In this document: positions 12,116 to 25,000 of the stretch, one piece after another | How the letters are laid out: the number at the start of each line of letters is the position of its first letter | Numbering within the stretch: position 1 is the first letter of the stretch | Assembly (NCBI RefSeq): GCF_006345805.1 | Contig: NC_042998.1 | Location: 27,900,001-27,964,000 of the forward strand | Direction of reading: 5' to 3' | DNA length: 64,000 bases | From: Octopus sinensis | Taxonomy: Eukaryota | The notes under the pieces: model-generated | What the model was told of the DNA's origin: nothing | Databases searched by the model: none | What the model saw: the letters and a program-made list of their open reading frames with translations, nothing else | Made by a program: the position numbers and the translations under genes

Positions 12116-12653
12116 TTTAGTCTACGAAAAGATATAAATTCTTTTAGATGTGTATACAAAATAAGCGTGGGAAGCTGTGGAATGAAATACTTCCATAACT
12201 GATTTAGAAAAAGAAACGAAAGGCGTGGAACTGATTCTAAAATATCCGGCGAAGATGTCGCAAAGAAAGAGAAGTGAAAAGGTAAATGGAAACGCAATAA
12301 CATTGATCGAGTTCCTTCCATGAAATCACCTAAAATGCATGGCGTCATTTGATATCTGTTTTATTGAAGCTTAACAGATTTTAACTGAACAGAAAATGTT
12401 TTCTAGCTTATTTCTATAATCGTCTTCGTTTCTTTAAATATTTGCATATGAAGTTAATTGTACAGGAACAATATCCTCACGAGTTATAAGATACGTATAA
12501 CCCTAGTTACTGTACTCAGAAGTTTCTACTGTGCATTCAACTGTTCTGGTTTAAAACAATGCATAAAATAAATGTTACTTTCCTCAAAATGCTGATGATA
12601 GTTGGAGACACAGTTTACAGGGATTTACACTTACGTCAATTTCTTGCACATAT

Positions 12654-13041
12654 GGGAAGCACGCCGTCGGTTACGACGATGAGGGTTCCGGTTGATCCGA
12701 ATCAACGGAACAGCCTGCTCGTGAAATTAACGTGTAAGTGGCTGAGCACTCCACAGACACGTGTACCCTTAACGTAGTTCTCAGGGATATTCAGCGTGAC
12801 ACAGAGAGTGACAAGGCCGGCCCTTTGAAATACAGGTACAACAGAAACAGGAAGTAAGAGTGGAGTGAGAGAAAGTTGAGGCGAAAGAGTACAACAGGGG
12901 TCGCCACCACCCCCTGCCGGAGCCTCGTGGAGCTTTAGGTGTTTTCGCTCAATAAACACACACAACGCCCGGTCTGGGAATCGACACTGCGATCCTCCGA
13001 CCGCGAGTCCGCTGCCCTAACCACTGGGCCTTTGCGCCTCC
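12654..13041 (-). mobile_element. SINE family C
   Basis: Full match. TSD TCTTGCACATAT at 12642-12653 and 13042-13053. Confidence 0.9.
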
Positions 13042-13154
13042 TCTTGCACATATAGTTGGTTAAAGATTAACGAAGCTGACGTAAACTTTGTTTGAGTAGT
13101 GTACTAGATGACATACAGACAGACAGGCAAGCAGGCAGACAGGTAGATATATAG

Positions 13155-13172
13155 ACAGACAGATAGACAGAC

Positions 13173-13227
<55 letters not shown>

Positions 13228-13230
13228 CAA

Positions 13231-13274
<44 letters not shown>

Positions 13275-13286
13275 GTAGATAGATAG
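13155..13286. repeat. (GATA)n/(GACA)n microsatellite
   Basis: Directly visible. Confidence 0.95.
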
Positions 13287-13819
13287 GTTGAATTTGTATG
13301 AAAAACTTTCTCTTATTTAACTTATGAAAACGAACTTACGTATTTTTACGACAATAAACATGACTGTGAAAATTATATACCTTTTTGCACTGTTTAGTGT
13401 AATCTATAATTAGGATAAATATTTCAACATATTTTCGATAATCTCTAAATATATATGTAATGTCTTCAAAATCTTTTCCATACGATTCGAAGTTTAATAA
13501 TACTTTTCAGCCTCAATTTTATCTGCCACGATTTTATTGCTCAGGTCTTATCATTATTCTCAGCCGAACTGCTTTCTCTATAAAACATTGCAAGTAAGGT
13601 TATTTTTATGTTCCTCCACTTAAAGGTTTCTCTAATAATAGCTAGCAGGACTTTGACGCTGTCCTGACAAAAGCTATGCTGGTAGAATATATGTACCTTT
13701 TAAAAATTGTATAACAGGTCTATCGTTTCATGCAGTTCTATGTTTAAGAGATGAGACTTATGTACGTTATTTAGATTATTAACATTTGACGGATATTTGT
13801 CATCATCTTGTTTGTTGTT

Positions 13820-13865
13820 AACACAACCTTTCGGCTGTTATACCCTCCAGCCTTCATCAGGTGTC
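13820..13865 (-). ncRNA. Minimal type I hammerhead ribozyme motif
   Basis: GACAC-CTGATGA-A-GGCTG(loop)CAGCC-GAAA-GGTT-GTGTT. The stem III palindrome is mutated in this arm. Confidence 0.55.
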
Positions 13866-13919
13866 TTGGGGAAATTTCGAACCTGAGTTCTCATTACTAA
13901 GGTATTTTTCGACGCCCAC

Positions 13920-13990
13920 AGGCATATGGCGTAGTGGTTAAGTGCGCAGACTACTAACCCCAAGATTGCGAGTGCGATTCCAGGCAGTGA

Positions 13991-13994
<4 letters not shown>
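13920..13994 (+). mobile_element. Short tRNA-derived SINE-like segment
   Basis: A-box TGGCGTAGTGG and degenerate B-box GAGTGCGATTCC, followed by (TAA)n. Confidence 0.55.
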
Positions 13995-14043
<49 letters not shown>

Positions 14044-14116
14044 TAATAATAATAATAATTATAGCAACATCGAAAAATACCTTAGGAATGAGAATCCAGG
14101 TTCAAAATTTCCCCAA

Positions 14117-14162
14117 AACACCTGATGAAGGATGGAGAGTATATCAGCTGAAACGTTGTGTT
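14117..14162 (+). ncRNA. Minimal type I hammerhead ribozyme motif
   Basis: AACAC-CTGATGA-A-GGATG..CAGCT-GAAACGTT-GTGTT, with palindromic AACGTT. Stem II is partly mutated. Confidence 0.55.
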
Positions 14163-14893
14163 AACAATAAACAAGATAAGGACAAATATCCGTCAAATGT
14201 AAATAATGTAAATAAGATGTATCGTTTGTTGGCAGATTACTTACAAAATGGTAATGAGGAACATTTTAATGTTTCCTAGAAATGGCCCGTGAATAGATTG
14301 AAAACGGGGTTTATTTTGATTTCACTTCAGATGATATATATTATAATATGCAAAGCCTTTTCTTGTGCCATACTGATTTACAGCCACGTTGCTTACATTA
14401 AAGTAAACTGTTACTGGAGTTTCTCAAACATATTTTTTGAGAATATGTCTAAGAAACTCCAGTAACGTTTTATGTGCGTGCGTACTTAGGCGTGCGAATT
14501 TGCGTATCTAAGTGTATACGTATGTCCATTTACGTGTATGGGTTTTTATGGGACGTTATTTTATCAAAATAATAGTTTAAGTAACACTTAAATGTTTGAC
14601 TGATGCGACACCTATACAATTTTATTCGTCTATTATTTACGATATCACTACAAAATATTTTTCAACAAATATTTAAAGATTTGGGAATAATTTTAAATAG
14701 CATAAGTTTAATTTCATAAACCCTCCGAGGTTATATTCATACTCATGATAGTGTTTTCCACTTTACACGTGATTCGTTTGTTTACTGATCACAAAGCACC
14801 AAAAGCTAATTTCTATTGATCCCATTTAGGTTTGGCAGTTTATCGATTTAGTAACGACGTATGTTGACAAGCAATTTCATAGTCAGAAGGAAA

Positions 14894-15302
14894 TCTTTAT
14901 ATATAAAAGAGAGGTTCTGTGTCTGTCTCTTACCATTTAGATTCCTAACTACTCCCACATTTTGCGGTGCAGTTTAACCAAAACCGGGTATCTTATAGTC
15001 GGGATTCATATCAAATCCTTCTGGGTATTAGCGTGCGTCTACGATGAGTCTACGATGAGTCTACGATTTAAAAAAAAGTTTACCATCATTTTTTTCCATT
15101 TAAATGCATTTTTTCACTATTATATAAAGGAAGTAACTCTCTAAAAATGTCTACGATGCGTCAACGATTTAAAAAAAAATTACCATAATTTTTTTCCCAT
15201 TTATAATGCATTTTTTTGCTATTTTTTTGGCTATAACTCTCTAAAAATGCTTATATAGTTATTTCCCTTACAAACCCGAGCAACGCCGGGCGATACTGCT
15301 AG
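14894..15302 (+). mobile_element. Non-autonomous Helitron
   Basis: A|TC start, CCCGAGCAACGCCGGG hairpin, CTAG|T end, and an internal duplication. Homologous to 8203-8597. Confidence 0.8.
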
Positions 15303-16262
15303 TTCATTATAAAATAACTAATTCGCATTCAGGCACATGGTAGCAATATGCTAATGGCCTCCTTCAAATGAATATCCTAATAACATACTTTTGAGGATCC
15401 GCAATAAACTGTCAATACACATTATCGTCTTCGTCCTCGACGAATTATCCTCTCTCTTCACCCTCTCTCACCATATGTGTGCGTATGTGCGTGTGATAAT
15501 GGGGATATCTCCTATGGAAGATGACATAGACTTACTACTTATGCATGCGTGTCCCTTTTAACGGATGTTGAATAGGGATTACTTTAGATTGTTTCCGGAT
15601 TGATAGGAAATGCACAGCGGAGAACAGAAAATTTATATAACAAAGCAGGTAAATTACTGCTGTATATGAATGGGTGGGAGTGAAAAATTGGCAACAGATG
15701 ATGAATTGAAATTTGATATTTAATAGGTCTTACACGATGTTTGAGATGAGAGACCAGCAAAATTCATTTTAGTATGGCAAATGTGTGTGCAACTAGTTAA
15801 AGAACCCAACATATGATTTTGTGCTGGTGTATTTCATATAGCTTGTTCGGTTATAGTTAGTATACGTCTTTTAAACAAGTTAATCGATTTCGCGAAAATA
15901 TAATCGAGTTAAGCGTAAGAAAGAATCAACAGAAGATAAGGGTGTAACTACAAACAAGATAAGGAGCGGCAAAACTTCTCAAGCATAGATACATCTCATA
16001 GAGACATGTAGAAAGACTGGCGGATCTCCATCACAATTAAAGAAAACCAAGAAATACAACGTATGTCCACAACACTTTAATACGTACAGCTGTAAAGGAA
16101 CTTATTGTTGGAGTTGTGTTGAACATTTAGAAATATTATATTGAATACACGAGTGTATAAGAGTTTTGTCTTTTCAACAGGATTAGTATTATAATATACT
16201 TCTTAAATCCTTATGTCAATCTTTCAAGAATTTCATACTTCATCTTCAAGAGAACATCTTGT

Positions 16263-16340
16263 CATGCAGATGACACCGCCCTGTTCAGTAACTCGATCGA
16301 CCAGCTCAAGGACTCACTGACCATATACAATAAGCATTTT
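16263..16340 (+). pseudogene. Possible LINE reverse transcriptase fragment
   Basis: Translates HADDTALFSNSIDQLKDSL, resembling the (Y/F)ADD catalytic region. Very short. Confidence 0.3.
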
Positions 16341-17199
16341 CCTTACGAACACTACCGGTTTCCTAATTCTATGATTTTCAAAATGTAGTTCGCGATGGTG
16401 AGACTGGGATGTATCAAGGCTTTGTATCGACTCTAATTAAAGTTGAACATTTGGTAATTTTTATAGAATGGATATTGATTCAGTTTGCTACAGTTTCCTA
16501 TTCACAGGAGGTTAGAGGAACATGTGGCTGTGTGAAAGTAGTTGCAGCAAAATTCAAGACTGTGCTATGTCAGTAAAAGGCATCATCTGATAGCATGAAT
16601 GACAGATGTGTATATTAGGTCATGTGACACCGTAGACAATAACTGCATCAAATATAATGGCTGTGTTAGTCCAAAATTATGTCATGTGATAGTATGAACA
16701 AAGAGAGTTGTTAGAGTAACTGTGAATGGAGAAGAATTTCTCGAACGTATGCGAATATGCGTTTGTATAGTTGTTAAACTTTTTTGTCTGTGGATATGAT
16801 TACAACATTGTAATATCTCAGTCTGATATGTTGTAGTTCCTTCGGTTTGGGATTTATTTTTTGATAAATATATTTCCTTTAATTCGTTTTTATATTTGGT
16901 TTGCAATATTCTTGATATGAATTCAAAATGTTGAAACATCTTGTGGTGCCTCGGGACGGTCTTTACCCCAATAATAAGCCACTCACTGGTTCAATATCAT
17001 TCCTTTGTTGTTAGTCAATTACAAATTGATCATTTTGTTTAACGCGCGGGTTAAATAATCGGCTGGTTATATTTTCTTTAATTTCCCGCATTTACTTTGT
17101 GGGTTTGTCAGATGAAATACAGGCAACATTTCATCTCATGATTATAATAGTAAATGTTGCCATTGCAGTAGGAAAACCATTTTCCTTCAATTATTAATA

Positions 17200-17765
17200 T
17201 TGGGTTGTCCGGAAAGTTCTTGCCGATTTATAGTAGCTTACCTTTCGACTTATTTTAGAACATAGTTGAGTCCATAAAATAAGATTTGACTACACCTCCA
17301 TTTAGAGCACAGTTTAAGCTATCTTTTCGTGGAAGAAGGTTTATGTTCCTATAACCTGTGTTAATTCTGTAACCCTTTAAAATGGAAGATAAGGAAGTTC
17401 ATTTTCGGCACTTGATGCTTTGAGAACCAGACAAAAATTGCTGTAGCTCGGCTGGGATGTGTTACCTCACCTTCTATATTCAACTGATATTGCTCCTTCG
17501 GATTTCCGCTTATTCAGGTCTCTGCAGAATAGTCTTAATGGTAAAAATTTCAATTCCTTGGTTGACATAAAAAGACACCTTGAAGAATTCTTTGTCATGA
17601 AACCACCTCAATTCTGGGAAGAGGGTATTTTCAAGTTAAAGGAAAGATGGAGATGCATTGTGCAACAAAATGGTTCATATTTGGCTGATTAAAAATGTAA
17701 TGGCAAATATTTATTGACCTTTTTCTTTCCTTTAAAAATCAGCACGAACTTTCCGGACAACCCAA
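17200..17765 (+). mobile_element. Internally deleted mariner transposon
   Basis: TIRs TTGGGTTGTCCGGAAAGTTC and GAACTTTCCGGACAACCCAA with TA TSD. The C-terminal remnant HLLYSTDIAPSDFRLFRSL matches the YSPDLAPSD motif. Confidence 0.9.
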
Positions 17766-19109
17766 TAAGTATTTTATATTCAGTGCTGCGAGAAGTGATT
17801 ATCCCAATTTATGCTAGTTCTGTCATGGTATACCTAGAAGTTCAAAATATAAAGAATCTAGAGTAATGTTCGTACAGCATCAGCTTCCATAATCATCTGT
17901 TGGAGAATAGGAAGCGCTTCTCGAACGACTGGCTCATAACGGACACAAGCTTATTAAAAATACAAACCACGACTGATTGAATATAACCCAGATCAATTTA
18001 TACTCTTGTCTTTCGGCACTAAAATCCCACCTCAAGTGAAAAGGCTACCAAAATATTTAGAAGTCCGAATTTGAAGTTCTCTAACAAGCTTTTGAATCTC
18101 TTAGCGATGAAAATATTAAAATCCATAACAAATTGAGTAAGATATTCAGGTAGGGAAGTAACAAAGTGTGAAAGCAACACACTGTGATGTAAATGCTAAA
18201 AGAACCTAAATGTAGGTCTACAAAAACTGAAAACAATTAACATTTTGTATAATTTGTTTGTTAGTATAGAAAATAAGATGAATATATGACGGATATAATA
18301 ATATATTTCACAAGGTAACACTGCTACTCTTAAAATTAAAGTAAATACGTTAACAACAACAACAACAACAACGGTCAAATATAGTCTATTCCTTTCTGCT
18401 GGATGGTTTGCTTCAGAATTCACCCTTTGGCACTGTCAATACGAATCTTTAAATCACAGAGTCGTCAAAAGACTGAATAACATCTTAACAAAATAGTTAC
18501 CAGACAGATACGACAGAAGATTATCTAATATATTCCTACAAATAAGAAACTGGTAGACTTGGCAAATTTTCCAAACTCTTTGCACAAGTGTTCTAGTGAA
18601 AATTAAAAAGACTATGGACTTCATCTTCGATAACTTTTACACGCATCACACACGATTAATGTTTACACGATTAAAGTTCCCTTCCGATATCTACTTGTTA
18701 TTTTATATACTCCAGCGTCTGATATTTATTTTAAGGATCTCCGTTAAACCTATTGGTAAGATACAAAAGATAAACACAAATACAAATTTTCAAGCGATGT
18801 CAACGTTCTTACTGAATTACGTGTTCGTTTCTCTTTTTGTCATCTGCAATTTCATTTTTGATCTTATATATATATATATATATATATATATGACGATTTT
18901 TACTCCGTCTGGCTGTTTATTCTCTTTACAAAACGTTAAGTTACATTGTGGAACATTCATTTTACCGAGTTGCTTTTATTTATTTATCACCCGACGAGAT
19001 ACACCTGGACCACCGGATGCCCCTGAACCAGTTGTTGAGTGTCCCACCCAAGAGGAATCGATGTTAGATGTGTCGAAACAACTGTCGTGATTAATAAAAA
19101 CTATATATG

Positions 19110-19140
<31 letters not shown>

Positions 19141-19146
19141 TATATA

Positions 19147-19205
<59 letters not shown>

Positions 19206-19375
19206 CATACATACGGGGACAGATACGCACTCACATCACAGTGAAACACCAATCAGCGCCCACGTCAAACTTCTGAAGCACGTGGCTGTGTCCGCTTCAG
19301 CGTTACTCCCTCTTTATCCGTCTCCTTTTGCATCTATGTACACAGACATAAATACAATTGTGTGTGTATCTTTGA

Positions 19376-19417
<42 letters not shown>

Positions 19418-20034
19418 ATTGTGTAAGCATAAATATCAAAGAATGCTTCCATCCAACCACATAAAAAAAAAACGGTTTCTTTTACTGTAAAGCCTCCTCG
19501 AATGTTTAATCCTCATTCACCTGATTACATTATGCATTTTGCTCTGTTCTCTTACCCACGTTCAACAATAAACTCTAAAATACCAAATCAATATCTTTCC
19601 TACTTGCTTTCTGTCTTTTTGTTTGCTTTTTGTTATCTAGTAGCATCAAGAAATATTCAAATATATTCGAGTGCAATCAGTTGTCCTTCTGCCAGTTTGA
19701 GAAGATGCCAAAAACCATAGAAAAGTAAAGAAATACAGTTCCCATACAATTAGCACTATTATATACTTTCCCTTAATGAGATATTCCTGGCCTAAATTCA
19801 AATAGAGGATCTTTGACTCAATTTGTGAGAGAGAGATTCGGTGCTAGGAGGAACTTATTCCAACAACAAATTTATAAAGCAATTTTTTCCGTCATGTTGC
19901 TTTTTATTTTATTTTTTTTTAGCTGCAAAATAGTCTTTGAACGAAATAACTTCCCATCGTACTACGGTTACATTCTCAGTAGAATATACTCCATTTTAAT
20001 CCGTTAATATCTATAAGAAGTGTTAATATCTATA

Positions 20035-20194
20035 AGGAGTGGCTGTGTGGTAATTAGCTTGCTAAACAACCACATGGTTCCGGGTTCAGTCCCACTGCGT
20101 GGTATCTTGGGAAAGTGTCTTCTGCTATAGCCTCGGGCCGACCAATGCCTTGTGAGTGGATTTGGTAGACGGAAACTGAAAGAAGCCTGTCGTA

Positions 20195-20257
<63 letters not shown>

Positions 20258-20466
20258 GTGTGTGTTGTGTGTGTGTGTTTGTCCCCCTAGCATTGCTTGA
20301 CAACCGATGCTGGTGTGTTTATGTCCCCGTCACTTAGCGGTTCGGCAAAACAGACTGATAGAATAAGTACTGGGCTTACAAAGAATAAGTCCCGGGGTCG
20401 ATTTGCTCGACTAAAAGCGGTGCTCCAGCATGGCCGCAGTCAAATGACTGAAACAGGTAAAAGAGT
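20035..20466 (+). mobile_element. SINE family A
   Basis: Near full-length match. Confidence 0.85.
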
Positions 20467-21124
20467 ATACGTTTTACGCAGACCCGTTGTATATAGATTG
20501 TACTTACGTAATTGTAATCTCATCATTTGATTAAATGAAGACGTTTTAATAAAGCTTCTGATGCTACTTTTAATTACATATAACGATTTATAAATCTTCA
20601 GCAAATTATTAACAAATTTCGTGATATTCAATTTTTATATCATACATTCCCTATTTCTGATTCAATAAAAGGCAAACAGACGGTTCGAAAACAAAACAAT
20701 TTATTTCAGTTGTTTTCAAAATATAATTAATAAAGTGTTTATTGCTCTATGATTTTAAAAAGAATAATGTATTAACTAACCTGGCAATTTGTCAATATTC
20801 GATTTTGTATTATTTTTATCTTGATAGCCATATATTTTGAGGAGACATTTCAAAATCAGGATGTACATAAATTATCCTACATTAGGCGTAAGGAAAGTGA
20901 AAAGGCTCCTATCAAGAATTAGAAGTAAGTGGAATATTCAAATTACCGGCGACTGACATTTTAGTAACCATTGTATAATAGATATAGAATTTAAAATTTG
21001 AAGGTAAATAAATTAAACAGATAGTGAATGATATATCCATAAAAATTATAATTTTAAAGTTTCTTCCACAAACTGTAATATTCTCATTAAACTGTAATAT
21101 TTTATTTTTCTATCTGAGGATGGC

Positions 21125-21167
21125 CTGTAAGCGGATTTGGTAGACGGAAACTGAAAGAAGCTCGTCC

Positions 21168-21203
<36 letters not shown>

Positions 21204-21363
21204 CATATGTTTGTGTGTCTGTGTTAGTCTCCCAACCATCGTCTCTAGCGGTTCGACCTATAGAATAAGTACTAAGCTTACAAAGAATAAGTCCTGGGTT
21301 CGATTTGCTCGACTAAAGGTGGTGCTCCAGCATGGCCGCAGTCAAATGACTGAAACAAGTAAG
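21125..21363 (+). mobile_element. SINE family A, truncated
   Basis: Middle and 3' part, with an internal deletion. Confidence 0.75.
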
Positions 21364-22009
21364 GGAATGAGAAATACAGGAAAAATGCTCAATAATCCTA
21401 AATGAGTGAGATCAAACAGTGATTGAAGTTCTGGAAACTTTCATATCTAAATCTGTCATCTTCTTCAATTAGGACCACTCAAAATTTTGTCTGAGTGCTG
21501 ATACACGAGAAGATGTATTCCAGCTCAGAAACACTCTAATACTGCCGGAAATCTAAACAAACCCAAAGCACCCTCTCTGTCTGTTTGTCTCTCGCTCACT
21601 CTTTCTCTCTCTCTCCCATGTATATTCATATGTGTATCTCTCTCTCATATCTATCTATGTGTGTATGTGCACGAGTGTTGCGTGTATGCGTTTACATTAT
21701 TACATACGTGACTATTTTTAAGCAGAATAAAGAACTTGTAGATAATGTACACTATTACACATACACACACACGCACACACTCACGCACACACACACACGC
21801 TCACACACAAATACATCAATAACTCCAGAAAATATATTTTGGATTTGATTGAATTATTTCTGGCTTTAGAGGACGGGTCATAATTAGAAATAGCCATTAC
21901 GAGCAGGATAATCTCATGAATCAAGAAGTATCCAAAGTCGACATGGTATTAACCAGAAGAACAAGCTTACGGGACGACTAAACAACGCAAGTATGCTATA
22001 TGGTATTAG

Positions 22010-22037
<28 letters not shown>

Positions 22038-22044
<7 letters not shown>

Positions 22045-25000
22045 CAACAATTGAGGGTAAAATTAATTAATTAATTAATCAATTTCACCAAGTATTCAGT
22101 ATGCAAAGGGACCATTTAAGGCAAATTCAATTATTACATTATATAAAAGGGCTTAGTAAAATAAATTACTTTGCCGCATACTGAACTCGTTAGAAATAGC
22201 AGCTAAAAAAACTATTTCTAACACTTAAAGAAAACCTCTCTCATATAGTGCTTGCTCAATTCAACCCAAGAAAGTATGAGGGTAGAGACATTAAAAAATC
22301 AAATGCAAAGGTTATTTGAGTACGTACGTTTCAAGATTAGCCAAATTCGACCCTTCTCTCATCAGCTCAGAATGCCCTTGTTTGAGTTTGAAAACACTGA
22401 AAATGGGAGCATACCCTTTCGGCTTGTTATCGCTTCTGAAGATCTGTCCCAACTAACAGTGCTAGCTAACTCAAATATGCAAGAGAAAAATTTCTGTTCT
22501 CCCCTTTCCACCAGCGTGGGTTAAAATCAGCAAACACTATCTTTTTTTCGGTAAAATCCAAGACAAATAAGTAGAGAGAGATGAATTATAATTTCAACAA
22601 TTGAGGGTAAAATTAATTAATTAATTAATCAATTTCACCAAGTATTCAGTATGCAAAGGGACCATTTAAGGCAAATCAAATTATTACATTATATAAAAGG
22701 GCTTAGTAAAATAAATTACTTTGCCGCATAATGAACTCGTTAGAAATAGCAGCTAAAAAACTATTTCTAACACTTAAAGAAAACTCTCTCATATAGTGCT
22801 TGCTCAATTCAACCCAAGAAAGTATGAGGGTAGAGACATTAAAAAATCAAATGCAAAGGTTATTTGAGTACGTACGTTTCAAGATTAGCCAAATTCGACC
22901 CTTCTCTCATCAGCTCAGAATGCCCTGTTTGAGTTTGAAAACACTGAAAATGGGAGCATACCCTTTCGGCTTGTTATCGCTTCTGAAGATCTGTTCCCAA
23001 CTAACAGTGCTAGCTAACTCAAATATGCAAGAGAAAAATTTCTGTTCTCCCCTTTCCACCAGCGTGGGTTAAAATCAGCAAACACTATCTTTTTTTCGGT
23101 AAAATCCAAGACAAATAAGTAGAGAGAGATGAATATAATTTCAACAATTGAGGGTAAAATTAATTAATTAATAATCAATTTCACCAAGTATTCAGTATGC
23201 AAAGGACCATTTAAGGCAAATTCAAATTATTACATTATATAAAAGGGCTTAGTAAAATAAATTACTTTGCCGCATACTGAACTCGTTAGAAATAGCAGCT
23301 AAAAAACTATTTCTAACACTTAAAGAAAACCTCTCTCATATAGTGCTTGCTCAATTCAACCCAAGAAAGTATGAGGGTAGAGACATTAAAAAATCAAATG
23401 CAAAGGTTATTTGAGTACGTACGTTTCAAGATTAGCCAAATTCGACCCTTCTCTCATCAGCTCAGAATGCCCTTGTTTGAGTTTGAAAACACTGAAAATG
23501 GGAGCATACCCTTTCGGCTTGTTATCGCTTCTGAAGATCTGTTCCCAACTAACAGTGCTAGCTAACTCAAATATGCAAGAGAAAATTTTCTGTTCTCCCC
23601 TTTCCACCAGCGTGGGTTAAAATCAGCAAACACTATCTTTTTTTCGGTAAAATCCAAGACAAATAAGTAGAGAGAGATGAATTATAATTTCAACAATTGA
23701 GGGTAAAATTAATTAATTAATTAATCAATTTCACCAAGTATTCAGTATGCAAAGGGACCATTTAAGGCAAATTCAAATTATTACATTATATAAAAGGGCT
23801 TAGTAAAATAAATTACTTTGCCGCATAATGAACTCGTTAGAAATAGCAGCTAAAAAAACTATTTCTAACACTTAAAGAAAACCTCTCTCATATAGTGCTT
23901 GCTCAATTCAACCCAAGAAAGTATGAGGGTAGAGACATTAAAAAATCAAATGCAAAGGTTATTTGAGTACGTACGTTTCAAGATTAGCCAAATTCGACCC
24001 TTCTCTCATCAGCCAGAATGCCCTTGTTTGAGTTTGAAAACACTGAAAATGGAGCATACCCTTTCGGCTTGTTATCGCTTCTGAAGATCTGTTCCCAACT
24101 AACAGTGCTAGCTAACTCAATATGCAAGAGAAAAATTTCTGTCTCCCCTTTCCACCAGCGTGGGTTAAAATCAGCAAACACTATCTTTTTTCGGTAAAAT
24201 CCAAGACAAATAAGTAGAGAGAGATGAATTATAATTTCAACAATTGAGGGTAAAATTAATTAATTAATTAATCAATTTCACCAAGTATTCAGTATGCAAA
24301 GGGACCATTTAAGGCAAATTCAAATTATTACATTATATAAAAGGGCTTAGTAAAATAAATTACTTTGCCGCATACTGAACTCGTTAGAAATAGCAGCTAA
24401 AAAACTATTTCTAACACTTAAAGAAAACCTCTCTCATATAGTGCTGCTCAATCAACCAAGAAAGTATGAGGGTAGAGACATTAAAAAATCAAATGCAAAG
24501 GTTATTTGAGTACGTACGTTTCAAGATTAGCCAAATTCGACCCTTCTCTCATCAGCTCAGAATGCCCTTGTTTGAGTTTGAAAACACTGAAAATGGGAGC
24601 ATACCCTTTCGGCTTGTTATCGCTTCTGAAGATCTGTTCCCAACTAACAGTGCTAGCTAACTCAAATATGCAAGAGAAAAATTTCTGTTCTCCCCTTTCC
24701 ACCAGCGTGGGTTAAAATCAGCAAAACCACTACTTTTTTTCGGTAAAATCCAAGACAAATAAGTAGAGAGAGATGAATTATAATTTCAACAATTGAGGGT
24801 AAAATTAATAATTAATTAATCAATTTCACCAAGTATTCAGTATGCAAAGGGACCATTTAAGGCAAATTCAAATTATTACATTATATAAAAGGGTTAGTAA
24901 AATAAATTACTTTGCCGCATACTGAACTCGTTAGAAATAGCAGCTAAAAAAACTATTTCTAACACTTAAAGAAAACCTCTCTCATATAGTGCTTGCTCAA

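Larger units (their letters stand above)
13767..14215. mobile_element. Fold-back element with a minimal HHR in each arm (Penelope/retrozyme-like)
   Basis: Inverted arms at 13767-13912 and 14070-14215. The spacer holds a tRNA-like segment and (TAA)n. Confidence 0.75.

Noticed and set aside
13920-13994. Functional tRNA gene (also the SINE heads)
   Set aside because: The cloverleaf is incomplete and the B-box is degenerate. These are SINE-derived.
18596-19464. 164-aa and 141-aa ORFs
   Set aside because: They run through (TA)n tracts, start at GTG and contain no domain.
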